Assembly: GCA_038046365.1 (NCBI GenBank)
Contig: JBBSWF010000020.1
Location: forward strand, 14,201 to 78,200
Source of the DNA: Nanobdellota archaeon
GTDB lineage: Archaea > Nanobdellota > Nanobdellia > Woesearchaeales > JAGWAF01
Length of the DNA stretch: 64,000 nucleotides
Reading direction: 5' to 3'
Both the position numbers and the translations under genes were made by a program. The notes beneath the pieces were generated by a model that did not search any database, was not told the DNA's origin, and saw nothing but the letters and a program-made list of their open reading frames with translations. Of this stretch, positions 37,495-46,713 are shown one piece after another (the stretch's first letter is position 1; each line of letters starts with the position of its first letter).

Positions 37495-38388
37495 CTAGAC
37501 CAAACCCATCCACAAACTAGGTATGCTCCGCTCGTGCTTCTCCTTGAAGAAGAAACCCTTGCCGCCATCGGCTGTCGGGCGCTCCACCACATTGACTCGC
37601 GGGCGGTAATGGTCGATCATGTCGAAGTTTGCTGTGGTGATGTTGAAGTTCTTCGCGCCGAGATTCCGAGAGATGGAGAGAGCCTTGAGAAAGACCTCAG
37701 GCATCATGACCGCGCAGCCGACATTGAGGACCACGCCTCCAGAGCTTTGGTCTCCGCCGAGATGGCAGACTGTATCAGTGAACTTGAGGAAGTCGTTGTA
37801 TGTCGCGAGGCCTAGTCTTGCGCCATCGCAGGCAGGATGCTGATGGATGATATCCGCGCCGATACCGACGTGGACCGTGTAAGGGATGCTCTTCTTCAAG
37901 CACTTGTAGGAGACGCTGAGGTCCTTTAGAGGGAGGTTCCGGTCTTCGATCATCTTGCCGTGGGCATAACCGTAACCTTTCTCGGCGTCCTTGTTGATCG
38001 CCTCGTTTATCCAGCGGCCAGTCTCCTCAGCCATGCCAAAAGAGCCGTCCTTGATCCTTGCGGCGACGTCCTCGCTAGTCTCGCCGCCGAAAGCCATCTC
38101 GAAATCATGGATCGAAGCAGCGCCGTTGGTGGCGAGATGCGTGATGAAACCCTTGTCGATGAGATCGACGATGTATCTCGAGAGACCCTGCTTGATAGCG
38201 TGGCCGCCCATCATGAAGATTATGGGCTTATTAGCTTTCTTAGCAGCCTTGATCCGCGCGATGAGATCCCTGAAGTCCACACTATCTATAGGATCAGGGA
38301 TGCTGGCGAGCGGCTTGACATCTGACAAGGATACCTTCGACGGGCGAGACTTGAGAGGGTAGGTGCGGATGCGGGAACGGTCGAACAT
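37495..38388 (-). CDS. dys: Deoxyhypusine synthase. The start was reassigned to the internal ATG at 38388.
   Basis: Typical DHS sequence (IIFMMGGHAIKQGLSRYIVDLIDKGFITHLATNGAASIHD... GGDQSSGG...). The upstream 56 codons of the tabulated ORF overlap hsdR and the shared promoter. Confidence 0.75.
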   Translation of the reverse strand: MFDRSRIRTYPLKSRPSKVSLSDVKPLASIPDPIDSVDFRDLIARIKAAKKANKPIIFMMGGHAIKQGLSRYIVDLIDKGFITHLATNGAASIHDFEMAFGGETSEDVAARIKDGSFGMAEETGRWINEAINKDAEKGYGYAHGKMIEDRNLPLKDLSVSYKCLKKSIPYTVHVGIGADIIHQHPACDGARLGLATYNDFLKFTDTVCHLGGDQSSGGVVLNVGCAVMMPEVFLKALSISRNLGAKNFNITTANFDMIDHYRPRVNVVERPTADGGKGFFFKEKHERSIPSLWMGLV

Positions 38389-38407
38389 AAGAGACTGAAG
38401 GAGAACG

Positions 38408-38420
38408 TCATATTTAAATC
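38408..38420. promoter_or_regulatory. Palindromic TATA-like element (tcatatttaaatc) in the 46-bp divergent intergenic region between dys and hsdR.
   Basis: Read from the sequence. It is about 20–27 nt from both start codons. Confidence 0.35.
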
Positions 38421-38434
38421 CCAATATATTCCCA

Positions 38435-41266
38435 ATGAGTAATATGCCTAAAGCGATTATCCCTCCAGAACAGAACGAGACGGAATCGCAGACCCGGATC
38501 ACCAAAATCAATGTCTCCCTTGAAGAGGCTGGCTGGAAAGTTCGAAGCAAGGCCATGGTCTGGGAAGAGGCAGATACCTTACAGTCAGATTTCAGGAGCG
38601 GAAACTACCTCACCCATGATGACACTTATGAAAATGAACAACAAAGCCGTTACGCAGATTATCTCCTCCTTGACTCAAAAGGTAATCCGTTGGCGGTAAT
38701 AGAGGCAAAAAAGACGACCAAGGACCCAGTAACCGGGCAAAAACAGGCAGAGGGCTACGTTGACGATATCAAGAAACAGACCGGGAAAGACCTGTTTATC
38801 TTCTTCACAAACGGTTATGAAATCTGGTTCTGGAACAGGCCATATGAGAACCCGCGATTAGTGAAGGGATTCCATAGCCGAGAAGACCTTGAGAACATCC
38901 GATTCCAGAACGAATCAAAGAAGGAGCTGTCTGACATACCTATCAGGACTGAAATCGTCAACCGCCCTTATCAGATTGAAGCCGTGAAAAGAGTCCTTGG
39001 AGGAATACAAAAAGGCAAAAGAAAATTCCTGATAGTCCAAGCCACTGGAACCGGGAAGACAAGGGTCGCGATGGCCTTGATTGATATATTGAAACGCTCG
39101 CATCGCGCAGAGCGGATCCTATTTCTCGCAGATAGAAAAGCCCTGAGAGACCAGGCATTTGATGAAGGGTTCAAAGAATGGTTGCCTGAAGAATCCCGGT
39201 CAAAGATATTTGGAGGAAGCCTTGATAAAAACGCGAAACTCTACGCTTCTACAATCCAGACATTTATGGAATGTTACAAGGAGTTCTCTATCGGCGCTTT
39301 TGACCTGATAATCTCTGACGAAGCACATAGGTCGATCTATAACAAATGGAAGGAGGTGTTCACGTATTTTGACGCAATCCAGATCGGTTTGACCGCAACC
39401 CCCTCAGATCTTATCGAAAAAGACACGTTCAAGTTCTTCCAGTGTGATGGGCAGCAACCGACCTTCCTGTATACATACGACCAAGCGAAAAAAGAAGGGT
39501 GGCTATGCGACTTCAAGCGATGGGAAGCGCAGACACATTTCCAGATCGAAGGAGTCAAGCCATCAGACATCCCAGACTCGATAAAGGCAAGACTAGCAGA
39601 GCAGGGCCTTGACGAGGAGGATATGGCCTGGGATGGGTCCTCCATAGAAAAAGAAGTGGCGGTGGTCGGCACGAACGAGGCTATCGTCAAGGAATTCATG
39701 GAGAACTGCATCAGAGACGAGACTGAAACACCTGCAAAAACTATAATATTCGCTGTGTCAAAAAAACATGCGAAAAGGATCTGGGAAGCTTTCGAGCGTC
39801 TCCATCCAGAATATAAAGGCAGACTTGCCCGGATAATAACCTCGGATGACAGCAGCGCGCAAAAGTTGCTGAAAGATTTCAAGACCGAAACGTACCCGCG
39901 GATAGCCATCTCGGTAGATATGCTAGACACAGGCGTAGACATCCCAGAGGTATGCAATCTAGTATTCGCCAAACCGGTCTTCTCCAAGATAAAATTCTGG
40001 CAGATGATCGGACGTGGCACAAGGAATGACGAAGCATGCAAAAAGAAAGAATGGATGCCTGGAGGTAAAAAAGAGTATTTCCTGATATTCGATTTCTGGA
40101 ACAATTTCGAGTTCTTCCAGATGAAGCCAGCTGGAAGAGAAGAAAAACCGACTGAAGCGATCGCTACCCGAATATTCAGGACACGGATCGAACAATTGAA
40201 GGATTTCATAAGCCAGGGAGATAAGAAGAGAGCCGACGAGGTCAAGAAGAGAATAAATCAAGACATCACGAGCCTTCCGCTGAAATCCGCATCATTGAAA
40301 GAACATATGAACGATATCGAAACCGCACTATCAGACGACTTCTGGGATAACGTAGGGATCGAACCAGTTAAATTCCTATCAGAGAGGATCAGACCATTGA
40401 TGAGGTTCCAGACAGATATCAATCTCAACAAGGCATCGTTCATACTGAAATGCGAGAGGCTCGGACTGGCAAGCCTACGCTCAGAAGAGCAAGGCATGGA
40501 AGAGCTAAAGGAGGGTATTGTGGCAGACATAAACCTCCTGCCAAAAACTCTCGACAAGGTCAAGGACAAGAAAGAGATGATATCCCGGGCGGTCAGCAAA
40601 GAATTCTGGGAAAAAGTCTCATATGATAACGCACAAGAGTTGATACGAGAACTCGGACAGGTAATCACATACAAGAGGAAAGAGGTCAAGAAGACTATCG
40701 TGCTGGACATAGATGATGTCGTCAAGCAACGCCGACTCATCGAGTACGGCCTTGAACCAAAACAAGAGTATGTCGATACCTATATCGAGAAAGTCGAGAG
40801 CCATATCAAGGAATTGGCGAGATCTGACACCACGATCAAGAAGATAGAAGCCGGCGAGCCGCTCGATGAAGAAGACCTCACCAAACTCGAAAAAAAGCTC
40901 AACAGCCCAGAGCTTTTCATAACCGAAGAAGTCATGCAGAAAGCGTATGAAAAGAGCAAAGGGACGCTGGTGCAATTCATAAAAAAGATACTCGGCCTCT
41001 ATGAGTTCCCTGACCCCAAGAAGCGGATCGAAGAAGAATTCAAGACCTTCATGATCGCGAACAACCAGTCTTACAACGCGGACCAGATCAATTTCTTACG
41101 GGCCATACAGACAGTCTTCGCAAAGAAGAAGCACATAGAATACGCCGACCTGTTCGACCCGCCATTCACGAACTTCGGGACACAGGCACCGGTACCCCTA
41201 TTCTCCAAAGAACAGCTCATCGACATAATCAAGCTATGCGATGAACTGGAAAATGAAGTTTTTTAG
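38435..41266 (+). CDS. hsdR: Type I restriction enzyme R subunit (HsdR), superfamily-2 helicase/nuclease.
   Basis: N-terminal [19 protein letters not shown]. Motif I is [10 protein letters not shown] and motif II is a DEAH-like ISDEAHRS. The length is 943 aa. Confidence 0.85.
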   Translation: MSNMPKAIIPPEQNETESQTRITKINVSLEEAGWKVRSKAMVWEEADTLQSDFRSGNYLTHDDTYENEQQSRYADYLLLDSKGNPLAVIEAKKTTKDPVTGQKQAEGYVDDIKKQTGKDLFIFFTNGYEIWFWNRPYENPRLVKGFHSREDLENIRFQNESKKELSDIPIRTEIVNRPYQIEAVKRVLGGIQKGKRKFLIVQATGTGKTRVAMALIDILKRSHRAERILFLADRKALRDQAFDEGFKEWLPEESRSKIFGGSLDKNAKLYASTIQTFMECYKEFSIGAFDLIISDEAHRSIYNKWKEVFTYFDAIQIGLTATPSDLIEKDTFKFFQCDGQQPTFLYTYDQAKKEGWLCDFKRWEAQTHFQIEGVKPSDIPDSIKARLAEQGLDEEDMAWDGSSIEKEVAVVGTNEAIVKEFMENCIRDETETPAKTIIFAVSKKHAKRIWEAFERLHPEYKGRLARIITSDDSSAQKLLKDFKTETYPRIAISVDMLDTGVDIPEVCNLVFAKPVFSKIKFWQMIGRGTRNDEACKKKEWMPGGKKEYFLIFDFWNNFEFFQMKPAGREEKPTEAIATRIFRTRIEQLKDFISQGDKKRADEVKKRINQDITSLPLKSASLKEHMNDIETALSDDFWDNVGIEPVKFLSERIRPLMRFQTDINLNKASFILKCERLGLASLRSEEQGMEELKEGIVADINLLPKTLDKVKDKKEMISRAVSKEFWEKVSYDNAQELIRELGQVITYKRKEVKKTIVLDIDDVVKQRRLIEYGLEPKQEYVDTYIEKVESHIKELARSDTTIKKIEAGEPLDEEDLTKLEKKLNSPELFITEEVMQKAYEKSKGTLVQFIKKILGLYEFPDPKKRIEEEFKTFMIANNQSYNADQINFLRAIQTVFAKKKHIEYADLFDPPFTNFGTQAPVPLFSKEQLIDIIKLCDELENEVF

Positions 41267-41267
41267 A

Positions 41268-41304
41268 TATTTGTTTACAAATCTAGCTTATTTGTAAACA
41301 AATA
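41268..41304. promoter_or_regulatory. 15-bp perfect inverted repeat (tatttgtttacaaat-ctagctt-atttgtaaacaaata). It lies between the hsdR stop and a TATA-like box (41306–41318) upstream of the RHH gene. It is a candidate operator/C-box and/or the hsdR terminator.
   Basis: Exact reverse-complement arms at 41268–41282 and 41290–41304. Confidence 0.55.
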
Positions 41305-41336
41305 GATATTTATAATAGATTCACTAATCGGCCTAT

Positions 41337-41756
41337 ATGACTTCACAAGAGTGGACCACCATATCTGTAAAGGTGACCAAGCAACAGAAGCAACTCATCG
41401 AACGGATATGCGAAAAGAATGGCAAGTCGGTCAACAAGCTTCTGAGCGGAATGATAGAACGGGAACTCAAACCTATGAGTGACCCCTCGTGTTTCCCAGA
41501 AAACCAGGGGATACCCCTAATCGGCGAGAACCGATTCTCCTACCTGCCTGAGAAAGACCAGTTCATCTGGAAGATAGATCTTGGCGTCCACGGATCCTCA
41601 ATACTCAGCGAAGAAGTCACGCCCGCATACCTTAAGAGCCTGTCCTCTGCAGTAGCGGAAGGCATCAAGCAGAGAGAGGATTTCAACGATAAACTGAATA
41701 GGGGCGCGGTCGTCCCGAAGAAACTCATCAAACTTGGGGTGAAACGCCGATGTTAG
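41337..41756 (+). CDS. Ribbon-helix-helix (CopG/Arc-like) DNA-binding protein embedded in the R-M operon. It is a candidate controller.
   Basis: N-terminal TISVKVTKQQKQLIERICEKNGKSVNKLLSGMIEREL fits a strand-helix-helix pattern. It overlaps the hsdM start by 7 nt. Confidence 0.5.
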   Translation: MTSQEWTTISVKVTKQQKQLIERICEKNGKSVNKLLSGMIERELKPMSDPSCFPENQGIPLIGENRFSYLPEKDQFIWKIDLGVHGSSILSEEVTPAYLKSLSSAVAEGIKQREDFNDKLNRGAVVPKKLIKLGVKRRC

Positions 41757-43234
41757 CGCCTGAACTGAAATCAAGGATCAACAAACTCTGGGACAAATTC
41801 TGGGCAGGAGGACTGGCAAACCCGCTGACAGCGATAGAGCAGATATCATACCTCATCTTCCTCCGACGGCTCGAAGACCTGGACGACCAGGAAGCAAAGA
41901 GAGCCGAGGCCCTGAAACATATCCACGCGTCGGTCTTCAAAGGCCACGAAGACTGCCGATGGTCGCACTGGAAACACTACAACGCTGAAGATATGCTGGT
42001 CCACGTCAGAGATAAGGTGTTCCCATTCCTGAAGAACATACAGAAGGGAGAGGACGGCGAGTTCTCAAGGCAGATGCAGGACGCGATATTCCTGATACCC
42101 AAACCATCACTGTTACAAGAAGCGGTCAGTATAGTAGACGAGCTGAACATCACCGCACGGAACCAGGACACACAGGGAGACATCTACGAATACCTACTGT
42201 CTGAACTCAACCAGGCCGGAAAAGCCGGGCAATTCAGGACCCCTCGCCATATAATCAGGATGATGGTAGAGATCGTGAATCCACAGTTTGGAGAGAAAAT
42301 ATGCGATCCGGCGTGCGGAACAGCCGGCTTCCTGATAAACGCCTATCAGCACATCCTGAAGATCAACACATCGCCCGAGACTGTCAAGTATGATGCAGAA
42401 GGCGTGGCATACAATCTTGTCGGGGACAAGATAACCGACAAGAAACAGTGGGAGGCTCTGCGACGGAATACATTGTATGGGTTCGATTTCGACCCGACGA
42501 TGGTCAGGATCGCCTCCATGAATATGATACTGCACGGGATAGAACACCCCAACATCAAGCGGTTCGACACGCTATCCAAGGCATTTGAACACATAGCCAC
42601 ATATGACGTGATACTCGCCAACCCGCCATTCACGGGAAGCATCGACTCCTCTGACATAAGCGCGGAGTTCAAGCTGAACACCACAAAGACCGAACTGCTG
42701 TTCTTAGAGCTGTTCCATAACCTCCTGGAGATCGGCGGACGATGCGCGGTGATAGTCCCGAACGGAGTGCTGTTTGGATCATCCAAGGCACACGTCCAGA
42801 TAAGAAAACTGCTCCTTGAGAAGTGCCAGATGGAAGCGGTGATCTCCATGCCATCAGGGGTATTCAAGCCCTATTCCGGCGTAGGGACCGCAGTTATAGT
42901 GTTCACGAAAGGCGGACAGACCAAAGACGTCTGGTTCTACGACATGAAATCAGACGGGTTCTCCCTCGATGACAAGCGAGATCTCATAGACGGGAAAGGT
43001 GACATACCAGACATCGTCGAACGATTCAAGAACAAGCAGAGCGGAGAGAACAGCATAATCGTCTCATTCGAAGATATCAGGAGCAATGACTATAACCTGT
43101 CCATATCTCGGTATAAAGAAGTCAAACACGAAGAGGTCGTCTATGAAAAACCTGAGGCTATCATCGAACGGGTGATGAAGAGAGAAGAGGAGATCACTAA
43201 AGAGCTTGCCGAACTCAAACGGATTATAAAATGA
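41750..43234 (+). CDS. hsdM: Type I restriction-modification N6-adenine DNA methyltransferase (HsdM).
   Basis: N-terminal ISYLIFLRRLED, motif I DPACGTAGFL and catalytic NPPF (LANPPFTG). Confidence 0.85.
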   Translation: MLAPELKSRINKLWDKFWAGGLANPLTAIEQISYLIFLRRLEDLDDQEAKRAEALKHIHASVFKGHEDCRWSHWKHYNAEDMLVHVRDKVFPFLKNIQKGEDGEFSRQMQDAIFLIPKPSLLQEAVSIVDELNITARNQDTQGDIYEYLLSELNQAGKAGQFRTPRHIIRMMVEIVNPQFGEKICDPACGTAGFLINAYQHILKINTSPETVKYDAEGVAYNLVGDKITDKKQWEALRRNTLYGFDFDPTMVRIASMNMILHGIEHPNIKRFDTLSKAFEHIATYDVILANPPFTGSIDSSDISAEFKLNTTKTELLFLELFHNLLEIGGRCAVIVPNGVLFGSSKAHVQIRKLLLEKCQMEAVISMPSGVFKPYSGVGTAVIVFTKGGQTKDVWFYDMKSDGFSLDDKRDLIDGKGDIPDIVERFKNKQSGENSIIVSFEDIRSNDYNLSISRYKEVKHEEVVYEKPEAIIERVMKREEEITKELAELKRIIK

Positions 43235-44568
43235 CACTCAAAGAGACAGAAACACTGGAACTCAAAAAATCCACAGCAGAACTAAAAGACGGCATAATCT
43301 CAATAGTTGCCATTTTGAATAAACACAACAAAGGAATACTCTATTTTGGCGTAAAAAACAATGGCGAACCAATAGGGCAATCCATATCAGATGCTACACT
43401 CAGAGAGATCTCCCAAACAATATCCAGTAACATAGAACCAAAAATATACCCAGAAATCCATACCGAAAGCTTAAACGATAAAAAATGCATAAAATTGTCA
43501 TTCGAAGGCCATGACCAACCATACCTAGCATATGGTAGGGCCTACACTAGGGTCGCTGATGAAGACAAACAACTATCAGCCAAAGAACTAGAAAACCTGA
43601 TAATGCGCAAAAACAGCGAACACCTAAATTGGGATGGAGAACCATGCAAAACAGCAAAAATCACAGACGTAAACACCAACCGAATCAAAACATTCCTAAA
43701 AACAACAGGGAAGAAATACGACTCTGTACAAAACGTGCTAGAAAAACTCCACCTACTAAAAGGATCTTACCTGACCAACGCCGCAATAGCACTATTCGGC
43801 AAAGATCCAGACAAATACTTCATGAATGTCTATCTTAGATGCGCCACCTTCGCCACAGAAGACACCACAGTGCCACTTGACATGCAAGACTTCCATGGCG
43901 ATGTATTCAGCTTGATAGACAAAGCAGAATCGTACATACTCAAAAATATCCACATAGGTATGAGATTAGAAGGCTTACGAAGAGTTGATGTGCCTGAGAT
44001 CAACAGAGATGCTATCCGAGAAGCGATTTTGAATGCATTTTGCCATAGAGACTATAAAAGAATGGACTCGGTGGATGTCGCCGTGTTCAAAGACAAGGTA
44101 GAGATACGAAGCCCAGGACTATTAATAGACAATCTGACCATAGAAGAAATAAGATCGAAACAAGTATCTGTAAGAAGGAATCCACTGATCGCACGCATCT
44201 TCAAGGAAGGAAACCTAATCGAAAGCTGGGGAACAGGCATCAAGAAGATGATGACCCTAGAACCCACCCTGCAAATGGAGGAGTTAGGCTCTTACTTTAT
44301 CGTCAGATTTCTTAGACCGAGAGGGGCAGAACATTCAGGAAAGGTCCTAGAAAAGGTCCTAGAAAAGGTCCTAGAAAAGGTCACTAAAAACCAGAAGAGA
44401 ATCCTCGAAGAAATATCAAAAAACAACACCCTAACAAGCAGAGAGCTAGCCAAAATCGTAGGAATCTCCGAGAGAAAAATCAGGGTAAACATCGCCAAAC
44501 TCAAGACCAAAGGACTACTAAGAAGAATAGGACCTGACAAAGGCGGACACTGGGAGATCATCAAATGA
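43231..44568 (+). CDS. AlbA_2/Schlafen-like divergent AAA (putative DNA-binding) domain protein with a C-terminal wHTH. It is an R-M-associated accessory gene.
   Basis: N-terminal ETLELKKSTAELKDGIISIVAILNKHNKGILYFGVKNNGEPIGQ matches the AlbA_2/AAA-4 N-terminus. The C-terminal wHTH is TLTSRELAKIVGISERKIRVNIAKLKTKGLL. It is ATGA-coupled to hsdM. Confidence 0.6.
   Translation: MTLKETETLELKKSTAELKDGIISIVAILNKHNKGILYFGVKNNGEPIGQSISDATLREISQTISSNIEPKIYPEIHTESLNDKKCIKLSFEGHDQPYLAYGRAYTRVADEDKQLSAKELENLIMRKNSEHLNWDGEPCKTAKITDVNTNRIKTFLKTTGKKYDSVQNVLEKLHLLKGSYLTNAAIALFGKDPDKYFMNVYLRCATFATEDTTVPLDMQDFHGDVFSLIDKAESYILKNIHIGMRLEGLRRVDVPEINRDAIREAILNAFCHRDYKRMDSVDVAVFKDKVEIRSPGLLIDNLTIEEIRSKQVSVRRNPLIARIFKEGNLIESWGTGIKKMMTLEPTLQMEELGSYFIVRFLRPRGAEHSGKVLEKVLEKVLEKVTKNQKRILEEISKNNTLTSRELAKIVGISERKIRVNIAKLKTKGLLRRIGPDKGGHWEIIK
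44341..44382 (+). repeat. In-frame 12-nt tandem repeat (aaggtcctagaa, 3.5 copies) encoding (KVLE)n within the AlbA_2 gene.
   Basis: Read from the sequence. Confidence 0.7.
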
Positions 44569-44768
44569 AACAATCTGATCCGCATAAGGCAGTGTGTAGG
44601 GTATGCAACAAGAAGTCCAAGGAATCTCCTTGCGAGAACTGCGCATATCTGATAAAAAATGGCGCAAGCGAAGAAACCATCAAAAAGATGCTAGGAGACA
44701 AACGAGTCAACAAGATATGGGAAGAGAACAAAGAAACTACGGATTCAACACATTCTGCGAAGGCATAA
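44565..44768 (+). CDS. Small zinc-ribbon-like protein (CxxC..CxxC), translationally coupled (ATGA) to the AlbA_2 gene.
   Basis: CRVCNKKSKESPCENC motif with the start overlapping the upstream stop. Confidence 0.45.
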   Translation: MKQSDPHKAVCRVCNKKSKESPCENCAYLIKNGASEETIKKMLGDKRVNKIWEENKETTDSTHSAKA

Positions 44769-44770
44769 AC

Positions 44771-44887
44771 ATGACACTGGATATAATCATGCCGCTGCTG
44801 GACAAAGAATCACAAAAGAAAATCAAGGCAAAAATACTTATGATGATGGAATCGAGATACATGCGCAAGGAGAAGAAGAGAAAATGA
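44771..44887 (+). CDS. 38-aa micro-protein MTLDIIMPLLDKESQKKIKAKILMMMESRYMRKEKKRK. A diverged paralog exists at 54745..54861.
   Basis: Protein-level conservation with a second 38-aa ORF despite diverged DNA. It is ATGA-coupled to the downstream gene. Confidence 0.45.
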   Translation: MTLDIIMPLLDKESQKKIKAKILMMMESRYMRKEKKRK

Positions 44888-45522
44888 ATACTACCCCTAT
44901 TGCTCTAAGTAAGAATTTTTATGTTCTCACTAACGATCAGACTCATCAGGTATTTGACAAAAGAGATAAAAAATCTCACCCTCTTACAGAATTAGAGACC
45001 AAGATTATTATCTATGAAGATAGAGTTAAACATTGGTTTTTGCAGATAGCGGAGAATCTGAAGAATGATAATGAAGCTGGATTTGTAATTCTTTCCATAG
45101 CAATAGCTTACATAGAGGGAAACCAGCAGTTTAGGGATGGAAAGAGTAGTGCTCCTCAGTTTAAAAATGGAAAGCGTATTGCCGGGAAGTCAGAGAAGTT
45201 CTTTATTAAGGGGATGAGAAGAATTTTTGACAAAGAAGATGTACCAAAGCCCATACTTAAAAGTTATTATGGTCAAATACGATGCGGACTTTTTCATGAT
45301 GGGATGACTAAGAAAAATGTAGTTATTTCCTGTGAGTTCCCAAATCCGATCAGCTATACTGGAAGCCAAGATGGACAGAATGGTGTGATTATGATAAATC
45401 CGCATAAGTTTCTCGATAAGCTCACAGAAGATTTTGAGGGATATATTTCTGAACTGAAAGCCGGTTCTGATACTGAAATTATTAAGAATTTTGAAACAAG
45501 GTGGCAATTAGAAAATGCATAA
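44884..45522 (+). CDS. Hypothetical 212-aa protein encoded between the hsdM module and hsdS, in markedly AT-rich DNA.
   Basis: Clean ORF, ATGA-coupled upstream, overlapping the hsdS start by 8 nt. No recognisable motif. The local GC is far below the window average. Confidence 0.5.
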   Translation: MNTTPIALSKNFYVLTNDQTHQVFDKRDKKSHPLTELETKIIIYEDRVKHWFLQIAENLKNDNEAGFVILSIAIAYIEGNQQFRDGKSSAPQFKNGKRIAGKSEKFFIKGMRRIFDKEDVPKPILKSYYGQIRCGLFHDGMTKKNVVISCEFPNPISYTGSQDGQNGVIMINPHKFLDKLTEDFEGYISELKAGSDTEIIKNFETRWQLENA

Positions 45523-46705
45523 ATTACCTAAAAATTGGGAATGGAAAAAATTAGGGAATATCTGTACGAGTAAAGCCCAATATGGTTCTGGTGCTAAAAA
45601 GGCAGATTTTGATGGTAAAGTGAGGTATATAAGAATTACAGATATTGAGGATAATGGAAATTTAAAAAATGATGAATTTGTCTCTCCCTCTTTGACAGAG
45701 GAGGAGTGCTTTTTAGAAAAAGATGATTTACTTTTTGCACGTTCCGGTTCAGTTGGTAGAACTTATCTTCATTCCAAAAATGATCTAAAGTACCAATTTG
45801 CGGGTTATCTTATCAGGTTCAAAATAAACCCCAAGATTGCTGATGCGAAGTATGTTTTTTATATAACTAAGTCAAAATACTACTTAAGTTGGGTTGAATC
45901 TTTAAAACGAAATGTAACAATCTCAAACATAAATGCAAAAGAGTATTCTTCGTTAGAAATCCCCGTCCCCCCTCTACCCGTCCAAAAGGAGATAGTCGCA
46001 ATCCTCGAACGAGCAGAAGCACTCAAACAAAAAAGAGAACAAGCCAACAAAGACACCAACACAATAATCCAAAGCCGGTTCTACGAGATGTTTGGTGATC
46101 CGATAAAATCTGATAAATGTGAATCTTTACCAATTTCTGCGGTTACCAGCTTTGTTTCTTATGGGTTCACACGCCCTATGCCTCATTTGGACAAAGGAAT
46201 TCCCATTATAACCTCAAAAAATGTTTTTTCGGGGTTTATTAACTATGATCAAGTGGACTTTACTGATGAAAAATCCTTTTCGGAATTATCAAAAAAGGAT
46301 CGCCCGATAATGGGCGATATCTTATATACAAAGGATGGCAGAATTGGGGAAGCTGCATTAGTGAAGATAAACTCCCCTTTTTGTATAAGTCAGGCAGTGG
46401 CTATACTAAGACCTATCCCAAACAAGATCAACCCGCTTTTCTTTGAGTCCTTACTAAATTCCGACAAGTTCAAAAAAGTGGTTAACTCAATGGCTTATGG
46501 CGTTGCATTGAAACATATCTCAATAACAAAACTAGGGGCATTAAACATCGTTGTCCCCCCCATTGAGCGTCAAAATCTATTTGCTTCATTCGTTGAGATG
46601 GTATGTTCACTAAAACGAAAGCAGAATGATGTGAACTCGGAGATTAATGTACTTTTCGACGCGCTGATGCAGAAGGCGTTCAATGGGGAGTTGTCTTCGG
46701 GGTGA
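45515..46705 (+). CDS. hsdS: Type I R-M specificity subunit (HsdS) with two target-recognition domains.
   Basis: Central conserved LEIPVPPLPVQKEIVAILERAEALKQ and distal conserved LNIVVPPIERQNLFASFVEMV...NSEINVLFDALMQKAF repeats. Confidence 0.85.
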   Translation: MHKLPKNWEWKKLGNICTSKAQYGSGAKKADFDGKVRYIRITDIEDNGNLKNDEFVSPSLTEEECFLEKDDLLFARSGSVGRTYLHSKNDLKYQFAGYLIRFKINPKIADAKYVFYITKSKYYLSWVESLKRNVTISNINAKEYSSLEIPVPPLPVQKEIVAILERAEALKQKREQANKDTNTIIQSRFYEMFGDPIKSDKCESLPISAVTSFVSYGFTRPMPHLDKGIPIITSKNVFSGFINYDQVDFTDEKSFSELSKKDRPIMGDILYTKDGRIGEAALVKINSPFCISQAVAILRPIPNKINPLFFESLLNSDKFKKVVNSMAYGVALKHISITKLGALNIVVPPIERQNLFASFVEMVCSLKRKQNDVNSEINVLFDALMQKAFNGELSSG

Positions 46706-46713
46706 GCGAATAA

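Noticed and set aside
37381-38362. Plus-strand ORFs (37381..37815, 37619..37843, 37960..38325, 37991..38362) opposite deoxyhypusine synthase
   Set aside because: They are antisense shadows of a conserved minus-strand gene.
37495-38556. Full 353-aa reading of the deoxyhypusine synthase ORF
   Set aside because: The first 56 codons overlap the hsdR start and the shared promoter. Homology begins at the internal Met (MFDRSRIRTYPL...).
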